Shown here piece after piece: positions 38,154 through 48,873 of a DNA stretch of 64,000 bases. The translations under genes and the position numbers were made by a program. The stretch is from an uncultured Nitrososphaerota archaeon (GTDB lineage Archaea > Thermoproteota > Nitrososphaeria > Nitrososphaerales > Gagatemarchaeaceae): the NCBI GenBank assembly GCA_963718895.1, contig CAVRAG010000008.1, forward strand, positions 1,216,001 through 1,280,000. The letters run 5' to 3'. Below the pieces are notes generated by a model. It was given only the letters and a program-made list of their open reading frames with translations. It did not search any database and was not told where the DNA came from. Every line of letters starts with the position of its first letter. The stretch's first letter is position 1.

Positions 38154-39468
38154 CGCCCGCCTGCCGGATCCAGCCCTCGACGATAGGGTGGGGGTGGTAG
38201 ACCTCCCTGCCGTAGCGTATCAGTTGCTTCGTGAGGTGCCTCTGTGCTCCCGGCGAGGGCAGGTAGACTCCGGGCTGGACGTCCCTCGGCACCGCGATCA
38301 CCCTCCTCGACGCTCCGCGCAGCCTTGCGCCGCACCCCCTGCACTGGAACCCCTTGTCCCGCCCCTCGGACTTCGTCCTTCTCCCGCAGTCATCGCACAA
38401 CGGGTTCTCACCCTTCAGCTTCTGCTCCGTGGCGAGGACCTCGATCTTCTCGACATTGAGAACGGCCGGATGCCTAGGGGTCGCCCTTCTCACGCCTCCG
38501 AAGACCCGCAGACGGTCGCCCTCGATCAGGTTCCTTGCCATCCTCCGAAGGTCTCCCGCTGGTTCGTAGACAGCGGCGGGCACAGTAGAACCCGACACAT
38601 CGAGGCTGAGATACAGGTGTCCACCCTCGCGCTCACGCAACGCCCTGATCGAACCCTCAAGCCACCCGGCGGAGTAGGCGGAGAGCGGCAGGGCGAGCCG
38701 GGTCGTCAGATGGGCGTCGGTGCACTGGTTTGAAAGGTAGATCATGTGACCCGCGAGCTCCTCCTCAAACCTGACCGACTTGAACGCTTGAAGCGCGGCG
38801 TCGGGCGAGTCGGCCCGCAGCCCCAGGAAGACGGGGTCCGGTCCGTGGGGCGCTATCAGGACCCTCCGAGCGCCATAGTCGTAGCTGTTCAGGCAGTGCG
38901 GGAACATCTCGCTCTCGGTCCGCTTGACCGACTCGGGGTCGATGAACCTGGGCTTCCCGCATTCGTCCGGCCGCCTGTAGGCGATCAGCTCGTAGGTGTG
39001 GTCGTCTTCCTCGCGGAATCCCAAGCTCGCCGAGGCCCCGACAAGCCCCATGCCGTTCCCGAGCGTGAAGTGTCTGATCCGGTGCTCCTCCAGAAGTCGG
39101 GCGACCTTCTTCCAGTTGACCACGCCCCGAATCGCCGCTTCGTAGAGAGGACGGAAGACATCGATTCTGGGGTCACCTTCCAGGAACACCGCCCCCGAGT
39201 TGGCGCCATTCTCGACGTCAGACAGCTGCCGCAGGAGCGACTCGGCGATCTCGAAAGCTTCGTCAGGATGTTCCGACTCGAAATCCAGGCAGACGGCGGC
39301 GTTCCCCCGCGTCTTGAAGGGGATGTTCGGATTGAGCCTGACGAGCCTCGGGTAACGATCAAACTTGCACCCCTGAGACAACAAGGCGCCGGCGACCCGG
39401 TAGCCGAGATGGGTCGTGCATCGCCCCATCCTCGAGTCAGTGTCATCGAAGGCCATCAGGCACCGCAT
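38116..39468 (-). CDS. tiaS: tRNA(Ile2) agmatidine synthetase
   Basis: DDTDS..G.CTT, RLNPNIPFKTRGNAA, NQCTDAH, C-terminal Zn ribbon, RHLTK. Confidence 0.95.
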   Translation of the reverse strand: MRCLMAFDDTDSRMGRCTTHLGYRVAGALLSQGCKFDRYPRLVRLNPNIPFKTRGNAAVCLDFESEHPDEAFEIAESLLRQLSDVENGANSGAVFLEGDPRIDVFRPLYEAAIRGVVNWKKVARLLEEHRIRHFTLGNGMGLVGASASLGFREEDDHTYELIAYRRPDECGKPRFIDPESVKRTESEMFPHCLNSYDYGARRVLIAPHGPDPVFLGLRADSPDAALQAFKSVRFEEELAGHMIYLSNQCTDAHLTTRLALPLSAYSAGWLEGSIRALREREGGHLYLSLDVSGSTVPAAVYEPAGDLRRMARNLIEGDRLRVFGGVRRATPRHPAVLNVEKIEVLATEQKLKGENPLCDDCGRRTKSEGRDKGFQCRGCGARLRGASRRVIAVPRDVQPGVYLPSPGAQRHLTKQLIRYGREVYHPHPIVEGWIRQAGVRPLRVPARSRR

Positions 39469-39679
39469 GGGGAACGGGAGACACGTGACAGGGAGCTTGA
39501 TTTAAGGGATGCCGGCTCAAAGGTGTTAAGGAAGATTCGTCGTCAGGATCATAGGAAAGATTGAAGCCCCTTACGCGCACAGCGGCCTCCGTTGCCATCC
39601 TGGCGGTCCTCGTCTCCGGTCCGCTGGTCGTGAGAGCGCAAAGGGAGACTCCGACGGTAACTCCGCCTTCCAGCCGAAG

Positions 39680-41107
39680 TCACGAAGATTCTCCTGCACC
39701 GGACGAGCCGCCAGAGAGTTGATCGTCCTGGCGGGCTCTCCCTGGCCTCCCCGACAGCAAGAGAAGCACGACGCCCGCGATTGCGGGGAGGACCAAGACC
39801 GCGGCGGCGATTACGAGTGAGTTGTTGGGTGTGGAGCCCCCGAGGTTGGACAGGGTGACAGACCTGGTGGAGTTACCCAGCACAAGCGGGTAGTGGTTGG
39901 GGACGAACTGCCCGGGCAACAGGAGGGGCGCCCGTACCGACTGAGAGAAGTCGAACGCGCCCATCAGGTCGTTGGCTGCCGCGTCCCTCGACGCCAGCGG
40001 CTGAAGCGAAAAGACCGTCTCGACGAACTTGAGGATCGAGGTGAAGTCCCCCTGCGTGTGGTCGATGAAGCCCTGCTTCGCATAGGGTGAGATTATCAGG
40101 CATGGGACCCTGAACCCGTAGCCGTACTGGTCCACCTGGGGTGGTGCCACGTGGTCGTACCATCCGCCGTAGTCATCCCAGGTCACGAAGATGGCGGTAG
40201 AGTTCCAGTACGGGCTCGCCATCACCGCGTTGATCTCAGAAACCACGTCCTGCTCGCCGGTCGATATGTCGTAGGGCGGATGCTCGCTGGCCTGGTCAGT
40301 CTCTGGCATGATCCAGACGGCGCTGGCCAGACGGTGGTTCGCGACGTCGGTCAGGAACTGCTGGGTGGGCGCGAGATCCTGGAGCCTGGTGTGGTTGTCC
40401 TGGAACGAAGCGAAGCCGGGCAAGGGATTCCAATTGTTCAGGACCCCATACCCTCCTGCGTAGTACTTCCAGGAGATGTGATTGGCGTCGAGCTCGTCCA
40501 TTATCGTCTTGAAGTAGAAGGTGTTGTCGTGCACGGTGCTAGAATTGTAGTTGAACTTCCCCGCTTGGGCATCGGTGATAAGCCCCCCTGACTGTCCTGC
40601 GATCAGGTAGAGATGATTGGGAAGGCTCGGGCCCAAGACAGGAGAGTAGAAGTTGTCGAGCAGGACGAACTGGGAGGCGTAGTCCCAGTAGTACGGGATG
40701 AGCGAGGGGTTGAAGTAACCCATCGTCAGGTTCGTGTTGGACGCCGCCACAAAACCGTCCATCCTGCCACCATCGTAGGCCTGGAGGGCGCACGCGTTGC
40801 TATGGCAGAGGTCCTGAGAAACGGAAGTCGTATTGATCATGAAGGGTTTGATGAGCGGTCTGGTAGCGGAGCCAACCGCAGGCTCCGGAGTCGCGCTGGC
40901 TATTCCGTTCGCGCCCGGGTACGTGCCGAAGTAGTTGTCGAATGTGTGGTTCTCCTCGACGATGACGATCACGTGCTTGATCGGGTCGGGACCGGTGGTG
41001 GACACGGTCGCTCCCAGCACCGGGGAGATTGCGGAAAGAACCAAGATAGAGAGGAGCGCGGCAGAGATGGCAGGGCTGGACCTGGTCCTCGAAGCGGTCA
41101 AGAACAC
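39680..41107 (-). CDS. Secreted phosphoesterase (phospholipase C/acid phosphatase family)
   Basis: [42 protein letters not shown]; signal peptide and C-terminal TM. Confidence 0.92.
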   Translation of the reverse strand: MFLTASRTRSSPAISAALLSILVLSAISPVLGATVSTTGPDPIKHVIVIVEENHTFDNYFGTYPGANGIASATPEPAVGSATRPLIKPFMINTTSVSQDLCHSNACALQAYDGGRMDGFVAASNTNLTMGYFNPSLIPYYWDYASQFVLLDNFYSPVLGPSLPNHLYLIAGQSGGLITDAQAGKFNYNSSTVHDNTFYFKTIMDELDANHISWKYYAGGYGVLNNWNPLPGFASFQDNHTRLQDLAPTQQFLTDVANHRLASAVWIMPETDQASEHPPYDISTGEQDVVSEINAVMASPYWNSTAIFVTWDDYGGWYDHVAPPQVDQYGYGFRVPCLIISPYAKQGFIDHTQGDFTSILKFVETVFSLQPLASRDAAANDLMGAFDFSQSVRAPLLLPGQFVPNHYPLVLGNSTRSVTLSNLGGSTPNNSLVIAAAVLVLPAIAGVVLLLLSGRPGRARQDDQLSGGSSGAGESS

Positions 41108-41192
41108 TGGGACAGAGGTGCTAGGAGTTCTTATTCGTTAGCGTTCTTTCTGCTGAAATAGTCTTCCTTGCCTAGTCTCTTGTGGAGAGGCG

Positions 41193-41439
41193 CTAGGCCG
41201 GGGAGTCGCCTTCGACGACAATCATGGTGAGGGTGCTGCGGACCCTGTCGAGCCTGCGGACCTTCCACGTGATTGTCTCTTTCACCTTGTCCATGGTATC
41301 AGACTTGACCTTGGCCACGATGTCGTAGACCCCGTAGACGACATAGACTTCCTCAACGTTCGGAATATCCTTCAGCTGCTTTACGAGATCCTCTTCAGCA
41401 CCTAGGTCAGCGTTAATTAGAACGAAAGGCCATCGGCAT
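41193..41439 (-). CDS. Lrp/AsnC ligand-binding-domain protein (1-nt frameshift near start)
   Basis: MPMA(F)VLIN..., VYGVYDIVAKV, VRSTLTMIV. Confidence 0.85.
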
Positions 41440-41487
41440 TGCCGGGTATCACCTAGTCCATTGTATGGCACCCATAGGTAATAACCG

Positions 41488-42201
41488 TTGCCTTTTTATT
41501 GCGAAACGAACTTCGTAGACGTGCCAGTCTACGATTCTTGGGGACAAGTGGCGGGATACTTCGACGGTGACGGGACAATCGTCATCTCCGACACCTCCAA
41601 CCAACCATACGAGCTGAGCCTTTCGCTCATCTTCACAGACCAGTCGGCAGAGCAGATATCTATGGTGAGGAACTTCTTGCAGGGTCACGGCATAAGGACC
41701 AGCAACGTCCTGAGGACCTCTAAAGGAACAGCGAATATGGTAGCTGTTAGCAGGTTCGGCAGCGTCTTGTCCGCTCTGAAGGAGATGCTTCCTTACCTGT
41801 TCAAGAAATCCAATGAGGCGACTGCGACCATAGCCTACTACGAGGGACGCATCAGAGGGGACGACCTTGCCTCCCTATTCGCTGACGAGGTGAGCGCGGG
41901 GAGGAGGGAAAACCACGAACGAAAGGTCGCAATCGGTGCACCGTTTACGTACCAGGAGGGGGACGCGATCATGAAGGTAAGAAGGAAGGAGAGGGTGAGG
42001 GCAGCAATCGCTAGGACCAGGGCCAAGGTGAGCAGGGAAGACTACGAGGCGATCCGAACCGATCACTTCAGTCTTGGCAGGTCCCTGAGCGAGCTGGCTG
42101 AACTCTACCCTCAGTACGCGCGGGAGACAATCAGAAGGATTCTCGGTCGAGGAAGAGGGTACGTCCTCATTTCAGGAGAGGGTCTGACGAGGTCGCCTTG
42201 A
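41488..42201 (+). CDS. LAGLIDADG endonuclease-like protein with C-terminal HTH-like extension
   Basis: WGQVAGYFDGDGTI, MLPYLFKK; SLSELAELYP..ARETIRRIL. Confidence 0.75.
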   Translation: MPFYCETNFVDVPVYDSWGQVAGYFDGDGTIVISDTSNQPYELSLSLIFTDQSAEQISMVRNFLQGHGIRTSNVLRTSKGTANMVAVSRFGSVLSALKEMLPYLFKKSNEATATIAYYEGRIRGDDLASLFADEVSAGRRENHERKVAIGAPFTYQEGDAIMKVRRKERVRAAIARTRAKVSREDYEAIRTDHFSLGRSLSELAELYPQYARETIRRILGRGRGYVLISGEGLTRSP

Positions 42202-42293
42202 TGGACTCCGCAATAGGTGGTCCGGAGATTGGTTATCGTCACATTGGTCTCCCGGAGGGACGTAGAGCGTGGCAGAGCCACTTTCAGCCCCGC

Positions 42294-43100
42294 CTACGCC
42301 GTCGAGTTGGTCACGGCGACTATCGAGAAGTAGACGTCTCCGATCAATAGTTGATAAGATACGCCGGGGAGCGTGTAAGAGCTTGGGAGGGAGGACGTCG
42401 GGTAAGTCAAGCAGCCGCCGAGATTCTGAGCATAGTTGGGAAACCCGTTCCCTGCCACGAGCTCGCCGTAGTAACTACACTGTTCCGGCTCCTGAGGGTT
42501 CAGGAGCCATAAGCCTCCGCCGGTGAAAGGGAACAGACCAAGCTGATACGTCCCGCTCGACCCGGAATTGGCTGTCACTGCGTAGGCCACCATCGCCCCT
42601 TCGTTCTCGTTCGTAGACCCTCCTATCGCGAGCTGTGACTGGCTGACGGAGACCGTGAAGTTCGAAGACCCGTCGAAAGACTGCGGGTAGTAAACGCCAT
42701 CACTGAGGACCTCCTGTACCGCCTGAATCGAGAGTGAACTGCTGACGTTCAGCAGCAGAGGTGACGACGCGTTGTAGCCATGGAACGAATTGTAGTAGTA
42801 GAACTGCACGCAGAAGACAGCAGGAGAGCTCGTCCCGGCGACCACGTCGATGAAACCTGTGCCATTGACCTGTCCGCCCGGGCAGTCTGCACCAAGGCCG
42901 CTGTCGATTGAGATTGAATTCGAGCTCGTGGTCGCTTGTCCCGTGGAGAAGGACGTGATGATGGGGACGGAACTTGAGGTTGAGGCGAGGGTCGTCGTGC
43001 CGGGTTGTGGGCTCCCTAGGATGGACGCAATCGCCACGAGCACGAGAACGACGATTGCGATGATAGCGACAAGCCTCCCAACCGTGCTCAAAGGCGGCAT
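42294..43100 (-). CDS. Membrane-anchored secreted Ser/Thr/Cys-rich protein (cassette-type cargo)
   Basis: TM + S/T linker; FCV.F...FTVSVS...VAYAVTA..GTY pattern echoes 1939-2598; preceded by the core repeat. Confidence 0.75.
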   Translation of the reverse strand: MPPLSTVGRLVAIIAIVVLVLVAIASILGSPQPGTTTLASTSSSVPIITSFSTGQATTSSNSISIDSGLGADCPGGQVNGTGFIDVVAGTSSPAVFCVQFYYYNSFHGYNASSPLLLNVSSSLSIQAVQEVLSDGVYYPQSFDGSSNFTVSVSQSQLAIGGSTNENEGAMVAYAVTANSGSSGTYQLGLFPFTGGGLWLLNPQEPEQCSYYGELVAGNGFPNYAQNLGGCLTYPTSSLPSSYTLPGVSYQLLIGDVYFSIVAVTNSTA

Positions 43101-43130
43101 ACGCGCTCTTGAGCCACGCCGCGAGGTTTT

Positions 43131-43151
43131 CATTAATAGTTTTGTTCGGGC
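43131..43151 (-). repeat. Distal copy of the 21-bp core repeat
   Basis: CATTAATAGTTTTGTTCGGGC, 17/21 identical to 7441-7461. Confidence 0.7.
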
Positions 43152-43244
43152 ATTTGAGAAGAAGGCCGACGATGCCACCAGCTCGACTCTACTGATTGGG
43201 TGAGGGTCGATTGTATAATAAGGTCGCCCGGGCCTCTCCTCCAG

Positions 43245-43754
43245 ATGAACATCCTCATCATAGACTACGGCCAGGACGACCCGGGCAAGTGCACGGCGAA
43301 GAAGATGGTCAAGATGGGTCTGGCCACGGAGGTCTCGAGGAAGTTCCATGCGGCCAGCTCGCTTCTCGTGCTGAACCCGTTCGCAGAGATCACCCTCTCG
43401 CCCGGGGACAAGGACAGCAAGGGCGTCCTTGACATCGACTGCTCGTGGATTTTCGCGAGGGATGTATTCCACAAGAAGCTGGGCGGGAAGCACAGGCGGC
43501 TCCCGGCGTTGCTTGCGGGCAACCCGACGAACTACTCTAAGATGGGGATGCTCAGCTCCGTCGAGGCGGTAGCCGCGGCCCTATACATCCTGGGAGAGAA
43601 GGAGGACGCGAAGCGTTACCTCTCGATATACAAGTGGGGTCCGACCTTCCTTACGCTCAACGCCGAGCCCCTCGAGGAGTACAGCAAAGCGGATTCGGAG
43701 GACGAGGTCCGCGACCTCGAGCGGGAGTTCTTTCCCCAGTTCTTCGTCCAGTAG
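43245..43754 (+). CDS. tsr3: rRNA aminocarboxypropyltransferase Tsr3 (DUF367)
   Basis: DDPGKCTAKK, DCSW, RRLPALLAGNPTNY, LSSVEAVAAALY, KWGPTFL.LN. Confidence 0.95.
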   Translation: MNILIIDYGQDDPGKCTAKKMVKMGLATEVSRKFHAASSLLVLNPFAEITLSPGDKDSKGVLDIDCSWIFARDVFHKKLGGKHRRLPALLAGNPTNYSKMGMLSSVEAVAAALYILGEKEDAKRYLSIYKWGPTFLTLNAEPLEEYSKADSEDEVRDLEREFFPQFFVQ

Positions 43755-43785
43755 AAAAGCCTAAAGCGGCTCGGGGGGACCCGGC

Positions 43786-44084
43786 TTCGACGCGAGCCGG
43801 CGGGTGGGCCACGGGGACCTCCTGGGGAAGTTCCTCCCTCACTGCAGGATGCATGACGCTGAGAAGCGTAGCCGGAGACGGTTGGCGACGGAACAGAAAC
43901 GATACCCGCCTCACCAAATGCGGTGACGGAGCAATCCCGAGATCGGTGAAAGCGGGGTGAAACGGCCGACCCATGCAGAGCAAGGCCGAACGTGGTCGTG
44001 GACGCGCCTGCACCAGACCAGGGTAGGCTGCTAAGCTGAATCCCGCCTAAAACAGAAGGAGGACTACGGCCGGCACGTGTCGAA
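43786..44084 (+). ncRNA. rnpB: RNase P RNA
   Basis: P1 TTCGACGCG/CGTGTCGAA; GGGAAGTTCCTCC pairs with GGAGGACT (P4); ACAGAAACG, GTGAAACGGCC, GAGCAAG and AACAGAAGG conserved regions. Confidence 0.92.
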
Positions 44085-44342
44085 CATAACCCGGGGCGGC
44101 AAAGGGCCACCCTTGGTTGTGGGCATGATGCGAGGAGCGGAGGAAGCTGGGCGCGCGGAAGGATGAACCGGTCACATGGCTCAGAGATGAGCGTATTCAC
44201 GATCTTGGCAGGTCAGAGAGCCTCATGACGCGCCCGACGTCACAAACGCGAGTGTGGCTCTCGCCCGCTGCCGCCTCTGTGGACATGGACCGACCGGAAG
44301 ACTCTTCCGTGCGAGTGAGACAAGTTGGAGGGCACGGGAGAA

Positions 44343-45050
44343 TTGGCCAAGAACGTGTTCGTCGGGGTCTCCGGCTTTAGCTACCCCGGATGGAAGGAAA
44401 GATTCTATCCTAGGGGGACGAAGAGCGAGGAGTTTCTCGCCTACTACTCTCAGCACCTGAACAGCGTGGAGATCAACAGCTCCTTCTACGCGCCACCCAG
44501 TGCTGCCGTGGTGAAGAGCTGGTCAGCCAAGGCTGATGGGAAGTTCAGGTTCGCCTTCAAGGCCCCGAAACAGATTACCCACATCCTGAAGCTGGGAGAC
44601 GGCTCATCTGAAGCGGCCGAGAGGCTTTCGAAGACGCTGGATCTCCTGGGCCCGAGGCGTGGTCCCGTCTTGTTTCAGCTACCCCCGTTCTTCAAGCAGG
44701 ACCTCAAGCTTCTCGACGAATTCCTTTCCAAGACCTCCGGGATCAGGAATCGCGTCTTCGAGTTCAGACACGAATCGTGGCTCCAGGACCCCACGTACCA
44801 ACTGCTGGAGAAGCATGGGACGGGCTTCTGCATAGCAGAGACCGAGGACATGAAGCCGGTATTCCAGGTCACCGGAGGGATTGCCTATCTCAGGCTGAGA
44901 AGAGAATCCTACGATGCGGAAGCCATCGACCGGTGGGCGGAGAAGATCCGTCAAACGATCAAGGGGCTAGAGGGGTGCTACGCCTACCTCAGACACGATG
45001 AAACGGGGGAGAACGCCGTCTTGGCTCGGAGGCTCTACGAGAAGCTCTAG
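44343..45050 (+). CDS. DUF72 family protein
   Basis: GVSGFSYPGW..FYP, VEINSSFY, KAPKQITH, LFQLPP, EFRHESW. Confidence 0.92.
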   Translation: MAKNVFVGVSGFSYPGWKERFYPRGTKSEEFLAYYSQHLNSVEINSSFYAPPSAAVVKSWSAKADGKFRFAFKAPKQITHILKLGDGSSEAAERLSKTLDLLGPRRGPVLFQLPPFFKQDLKLLDEFLSKTSGIRNRVFEFRHESWLQDPTYQLLEKHGTGFCIAETEDMKPVFQVTGGIAYLRLRRESYDAEAIDRWAEKIRQTIKGLEGCYAYLRHDETGENAVLARRLYEKL

Positions 45051-45198
45051 TCGGAAATCGGGTCTCTTCGGCGGGCTGAACGGGGACTTCGTCTCGAGGC
45101 TGATCCAAGTTGGTACGGAACGCGGCGAAGGCTGAAATCGGCGGTGTCTTCTACTGTTAAATAGGAGCGAATTTCCCATTGTTCAAGGCGCCCGGGCG

Positions 45199-45471
45199 AT
45201 GGGGTTTGGCAACGTGGATGATAGGGAATTTGTGCGCTCCATGGAAGGCTTTCAGAGCAATGTGGGAAATCTCCAGTCGATGATCAAGGGGGCTTTGACC
45301 GAAATTCTGGGCGAGCTCGGTGCGATCAGCGCCCTTTCGTACACCGGAGATCTGTCAGACGGCAACCTTGTGGGGTTCGCGAGGAGGGTGTACGAGCTCT
45401 TCGGGACCGGCGCTAGCAGGATTCTCGCAGACATCGTCTCCTGGGTAGCCGAGCGCGTAAAGTCAGCCTAA
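45199..45471 (+). CDS. Small helical protein (possible archaeal signalling output domain)
   Basis: ALTEILG...F...YELFGTGA..IL pattern; adjacent to a two-component system. Confidence 0.5.
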   Translation: MGFGNVDDREFVRSMEGFQSNVGNLQSMIKGALTEILGELGAISALSYTGDLSDGNLVGFARRVYELFGTGASRILADIVSWVAERVKSA

Positions 45472-45595
45472 AGAACGGCCCGACGTTTGGACCGCGTGAA
45501 TTGTCTCCGGGGCCTTAACTGCCTCGCCCTAGAGCCGCTGCGGGAAGACTTCGTGGCTAATGCGCTCTATCCGTCTCGACGACTCCGCTCAGGCC

Positions 45596-46069
45596 CTATG
45601 GAGAAGGTGAATTCTCGCGTCGCTGTCTGGCGAGCTCCTGCTTGCGCGTCTCGATGAAATCGACCACTTTCTGCTCGCTGTATCTGACAGCTTCCTCGCG
45701 TTTCTGAAGGTGTTTTTGGATGGTCCCCAGAACGACCGCGGCGTCCACCGGTTTGACTATGTAGCCGTCAGCACCCTCGTTGACCGCCTCGATCGCGTTC
45801 TGCATCGAGGGATAACCGGTGACCATGATCTTGGCCATCGCCGGAGTCCGTTCTCGCATCTTGCTCAGGAGTTCGGTCCCCATCATGTCAGGCAGACGCA
45901 TATCAACCAGGGCGAGGTCGTACAGCTTGTCGTTCGACCTAACGATGGCTATCGCACCGTTTTCCGCGGTGTCGACGTCATATCCTTCCTGTTCCAGGAT
46001 AGCGGCGAGCGAGGCCCGTATGCTCCGGTCGTCGTCCACAATCAGGATTGAGTGCTGCATGTTGCTCAA
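45596..46069 (-). CDS. Response regulator (receiver domain)
   Basis: ILIVDDD, DMRLPDM.G, TG, YIVKP. Confidence 0.95.
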   Translation of the reverse strand: MSNMQHSILIVDDDRSIRASLAAILEQEGYDVDTAENGAIAIVRSNDKLYDLALVDMRLPDMMGTELLSKMRERTPAMAKIMVTGYPSMQNAIEAVNEGADGYIVKPVDAAVVLGTIQKHLQKREEAVRYSEQKVVDFIETRKQELARQRRENSPSP

Positions 46070-47805
46070 GTCTTCTCGTTACCTCTAGGGTTCACGTCCA
46101 AAGGAACCGAGATGGTGAAGGTCGTCCCCTTCCCCGGCGTACTCTCCGCCGAGATTTCTCCTCCGTGCGCCTCTACGATTCGTTTGCATATTGAAAGACC
46201 GAATCCCATTCCTTTCGCTTTGGTTGTGAACAAGGGAGTGAATATCTTGTCTAAAACCTCTTTGGTCATTCCCCCGCCACTGTCGGCGAAGACGAAATCG
46301 ACCCGGCGATCTGTCTCCCTCGATTGTATCAGTAGCGATCCTCCACCGGGCATGGCGTCTATCGCATTATTGATAACGTTGATGAAGACCCTCTTCATCT
46401 TGTTGACGTCAATCCTGAGGATAGGCTTCGCCTCAGTCTCGTCCTGAACACGGACGGACTCGGGAACCGTAACAATCGACAGGGTTTCCTTGATCAGCTG
46501 TTGGGGGTTGGTCGCCGTCACCTCCAGGCGGATGTTTCTGGAATAGTCCAGAAGGTCGCTGACTATCTTGTCCGAGTACTTCACGTCCTCCTGGATGAGT
46601 GTGATCATCTCCTTTTCCTTGTCACCTACCGTCGGGCTTCGTTTGAGGTAGAACGCGGCGTTGGCTATGCCCTGCAGCGGGTTGCGGAGGTCGTGAGCCA
46701 CCATCGTGGCAAGCTCGCCGATGGCTGAGAACCGCTCGGATTTCCGAAGCTGGACGGTCTTCTTGTCGATCTCTCCAAGCATCGTGTTGATCGACGCGCT
46801 CAGGGAGGCTATCGCGTCGTCTCCTGAGACCGGCAGTTTCGCTGACGAGTCAGATTGACGGCTGATCCTTATCACGTCTTTGTCGAGCTTCAGCAATCTC
46901 GAGAGTACGACCCTCTCCATCAGGAAGAGCATGACTGCGCTGAAGGCGACCGCCGCCACGCCTACGGAAAGGTCGACGTAGTTCTCGGTCGCGAGGCCCT
47001 GATTGTAGGTGTCTCTCGACATTGTTGCCGAGAGGACGAGCGCCGGCTGGCCGTGGATGTCATCTATCACGTAGTATCCTGCAATCTGAGTTGCGTTCAG
47101 AGGATGCACATAAATCGAAGGAGCGGTCGAGGTGTATGACTCGACCTTGCTTCCCTCCTGACCGCTGTTGAATAGCGTCAGGCTGAGGGGAAGCCTCAGA
47201 GTCGTGGACAGCGAGTCGACGTATTGCTGGTCAAAGTAGCGTGCGAAGATGATCGTACCGTGGATGGGTCCCTGGGCCTCACTCGTCAGGATCGGCCGTG
47301 AAGTAACTATCAGAGGTCCCTGCGGGAGGACGACCACGCCGGTCAGACTGTCGTTGACGTTGTGGAAGTTCCAGATCTTGGAGTCTGTGTCTATCAGGTT
47401 AAGGAGGCTCTGGGGAACGGGCATCTGTGTATCGCTCACCAGGTTGAAGCCCATCCCGTCCACATAGGTTCCGCTCGAATTGTAGAAGAGTATGAAATTG
47501 ACCCCGATGCTGATGAAGGACGCTGGGACCATGTTGGCATCACGAAAGGCACTGTTGTTGTCCTGGACAAACTGATAGGCGTCGTCCCATATCCCCCAGT
47601 CGCTGAGCTTTGCACCCTGGACTGAGTATTGGTTGAGTAGCTGACTCTGGACCTGTTCAACTGTCTGGGTGGATTCCTTCTGTTCCAGCTGCTGGTAGCT
47701 GTTCAGCAGAAGGGTGTAGGATATCGTATGCACGACGGCAACTAGGCAGATAGTCGTTACCAGAAACAGTACCACTGTCTTGGTTCGCAGTTTCAAGGTA
47801 GACAA
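46066..47805 (-). CDS. CHASE4-HAMP sensor histidine kinase
   Basis: DWGIWDDAYQF (CHASE4), AHDLRNPL, NAIDAM, DSGGG, GMGFGL; start inferred. Confidence 0.93.
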   Translation of the reverse strand: MSTLKLRTKTVVLFLVTTICLVAVVHTISYTLLLNSYQQLEQKESTQTVEQVQSQLLNQYSVQGAKLSDWGIWDDAYQFVQDNNSAFRDANMVPASFISIGVNFILFYNSSGTYVDGMGFNLVSDTQMPVPQSLLNLIDTDSKIWNFHNVNDSLTGVVVLPQGPLIVTSRPILTSEAQGPIHGTIIFARYFDQQYVDSLSTTLRLPLSLTLFNSGQEGSKVESYTSTAPSIYVHPLNATQIAGYYVIDDIHGQPALVLSATMSRDTYNQGLATENYVDLSVGVAAVAFSAVMLFLMERVVLSRLLKLDKDVIRISRQSDSSAKLPVSGDDAIASLSASINTMLGEIDKKTVQLRKSERFSAIGELATMVAHDLRNPLQGIANAAFYLKRSPTVGDKEKEMITLIQEDVKYSDKIVSDLLDYSRNIRLEVTATNPQQLIKETLSIVTVPESVRVQDETEAKPILRIDVNKMKRVFINVINNAIDAMPGGGSLLIQSRETDRRVDFVFADSGGGMTKEVLDKIFTPLFTTKAKGMGFGLSICKRIVEAHGGEISAESTPGKGTTFTISVPLDVNPRGNEKT

Positions 47806-47976
47806 CTCATTTTCCTGAATTGGTGTCACTTTGTACGGGATATTAGGGTTTAATTTCGTGAGATTTCTGGTTTGTGAGGCGTTCCGGTGCTCCTCGCCTC
47901 GCTGGACTCGTCTCGCGTTACCCGCGGATACCATCCAAACAGAAGAGACCGGCTCTGCGAACCCCGAGCCATCCCG

Positions 47977-48741
47977 TCACTCGACGAATCCGTAGGCGGT
48001 GTATCCCCCGTCAACGGTCAGGCACTGGCCCGTGATGTAGGACGACTCTTCGGCCGCAAGAAAGAGCACCGAGTGCGCAATGTCCTCGACCATGCCGAAC
48101 CTCCCCAACGGGACACGTTTCAGGATCGCTTCACCGTTTATTGCTCCCTCGGATATCCTACTCTTGAGCATGTCAGTCAGGATGAATCCAGGGGCGACGG
48201 CGTTCACGTTGATGTTGTGCTTGGCCCACTCTATGGCTAGCTCCCTGGTGAGCATGATGACGCCCGCCTTGCTGGTGGCGTAGGGCGCCCGGTTCGGGAA
48301 GGGGTTTATGCCCACGATGGACGAGATATTGATGATTTTGCCGCTCTTCTTCGGGATCATGAGCCCCGCCGCAGCCTTGGAGCAGACGAAGATCGACCTC
48401 AGGTTGATGGAGAGGATTGTGTCCCAGTCGGCTTCGGTCATCTCCAACGCTGGCTTGACGATGTTGATCCCGGCGTTGTTCACGAGGATGTCGATGGTCC
48501 CATACTCACGCTTCACCGCTTCGAAGAGGCCGTCGACCGACCCCTCCTTGGAGATGTCGCAGGCGACCGAGATCGCCCTCCCGCCGCGTGACTCAATCTC
48601 CTTCTTTACTGCGTCCGAGTTTTCCCGGTGGACCGAGTTGACGACCACGCTGGCCCCTTCGTCGGCGAATCTGAGCGCGATTGTCCGCCCGATCCCTCTT
48701 CCGGAGCCCGTGACAAGCGCGACCTTGTTCTGAAACTTCAT
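47977..48741 (-). CDS. SDR family oxidoreductase
   Basis: TGSGRGIG, NNAG, YATSK, NAVAPG. Confidence 0.95.
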   Translation of the reverse strand: MKFQNKVALVTGSGRGIGRTIALRFADEGASVVVNSVHRENSDAVKKEIESRGGRAISVACDISKEGSVDGLFEAVKREYGTIDILVNNAGINIVKPALEMTEADWDTILSINLRSIFVCSKAAAGLMIPKKSGKIINISSIVGINPFPNRAPYATSKAGVIMLTRELAIEWAKHNINVNAVAPGFILTDMLKSRISEGAINGEAILKRVPLGRFGMVEDIAHSVLFLAAEESSYITGQCLTVDGGYTAYGFVE

Positions 48742-48873
48742 CGGTGCCCGACGGGGAAATATCGGTTTAAGCTTATCAGAAGACGCGTCCCGGGGGAAGC
48801 CATCCCGGTGGCGAAGGAGAGACGGAATTTCGTTTGATTTGGGAGTATGGAGGAGAGAGGATGCCGAGCCTCC

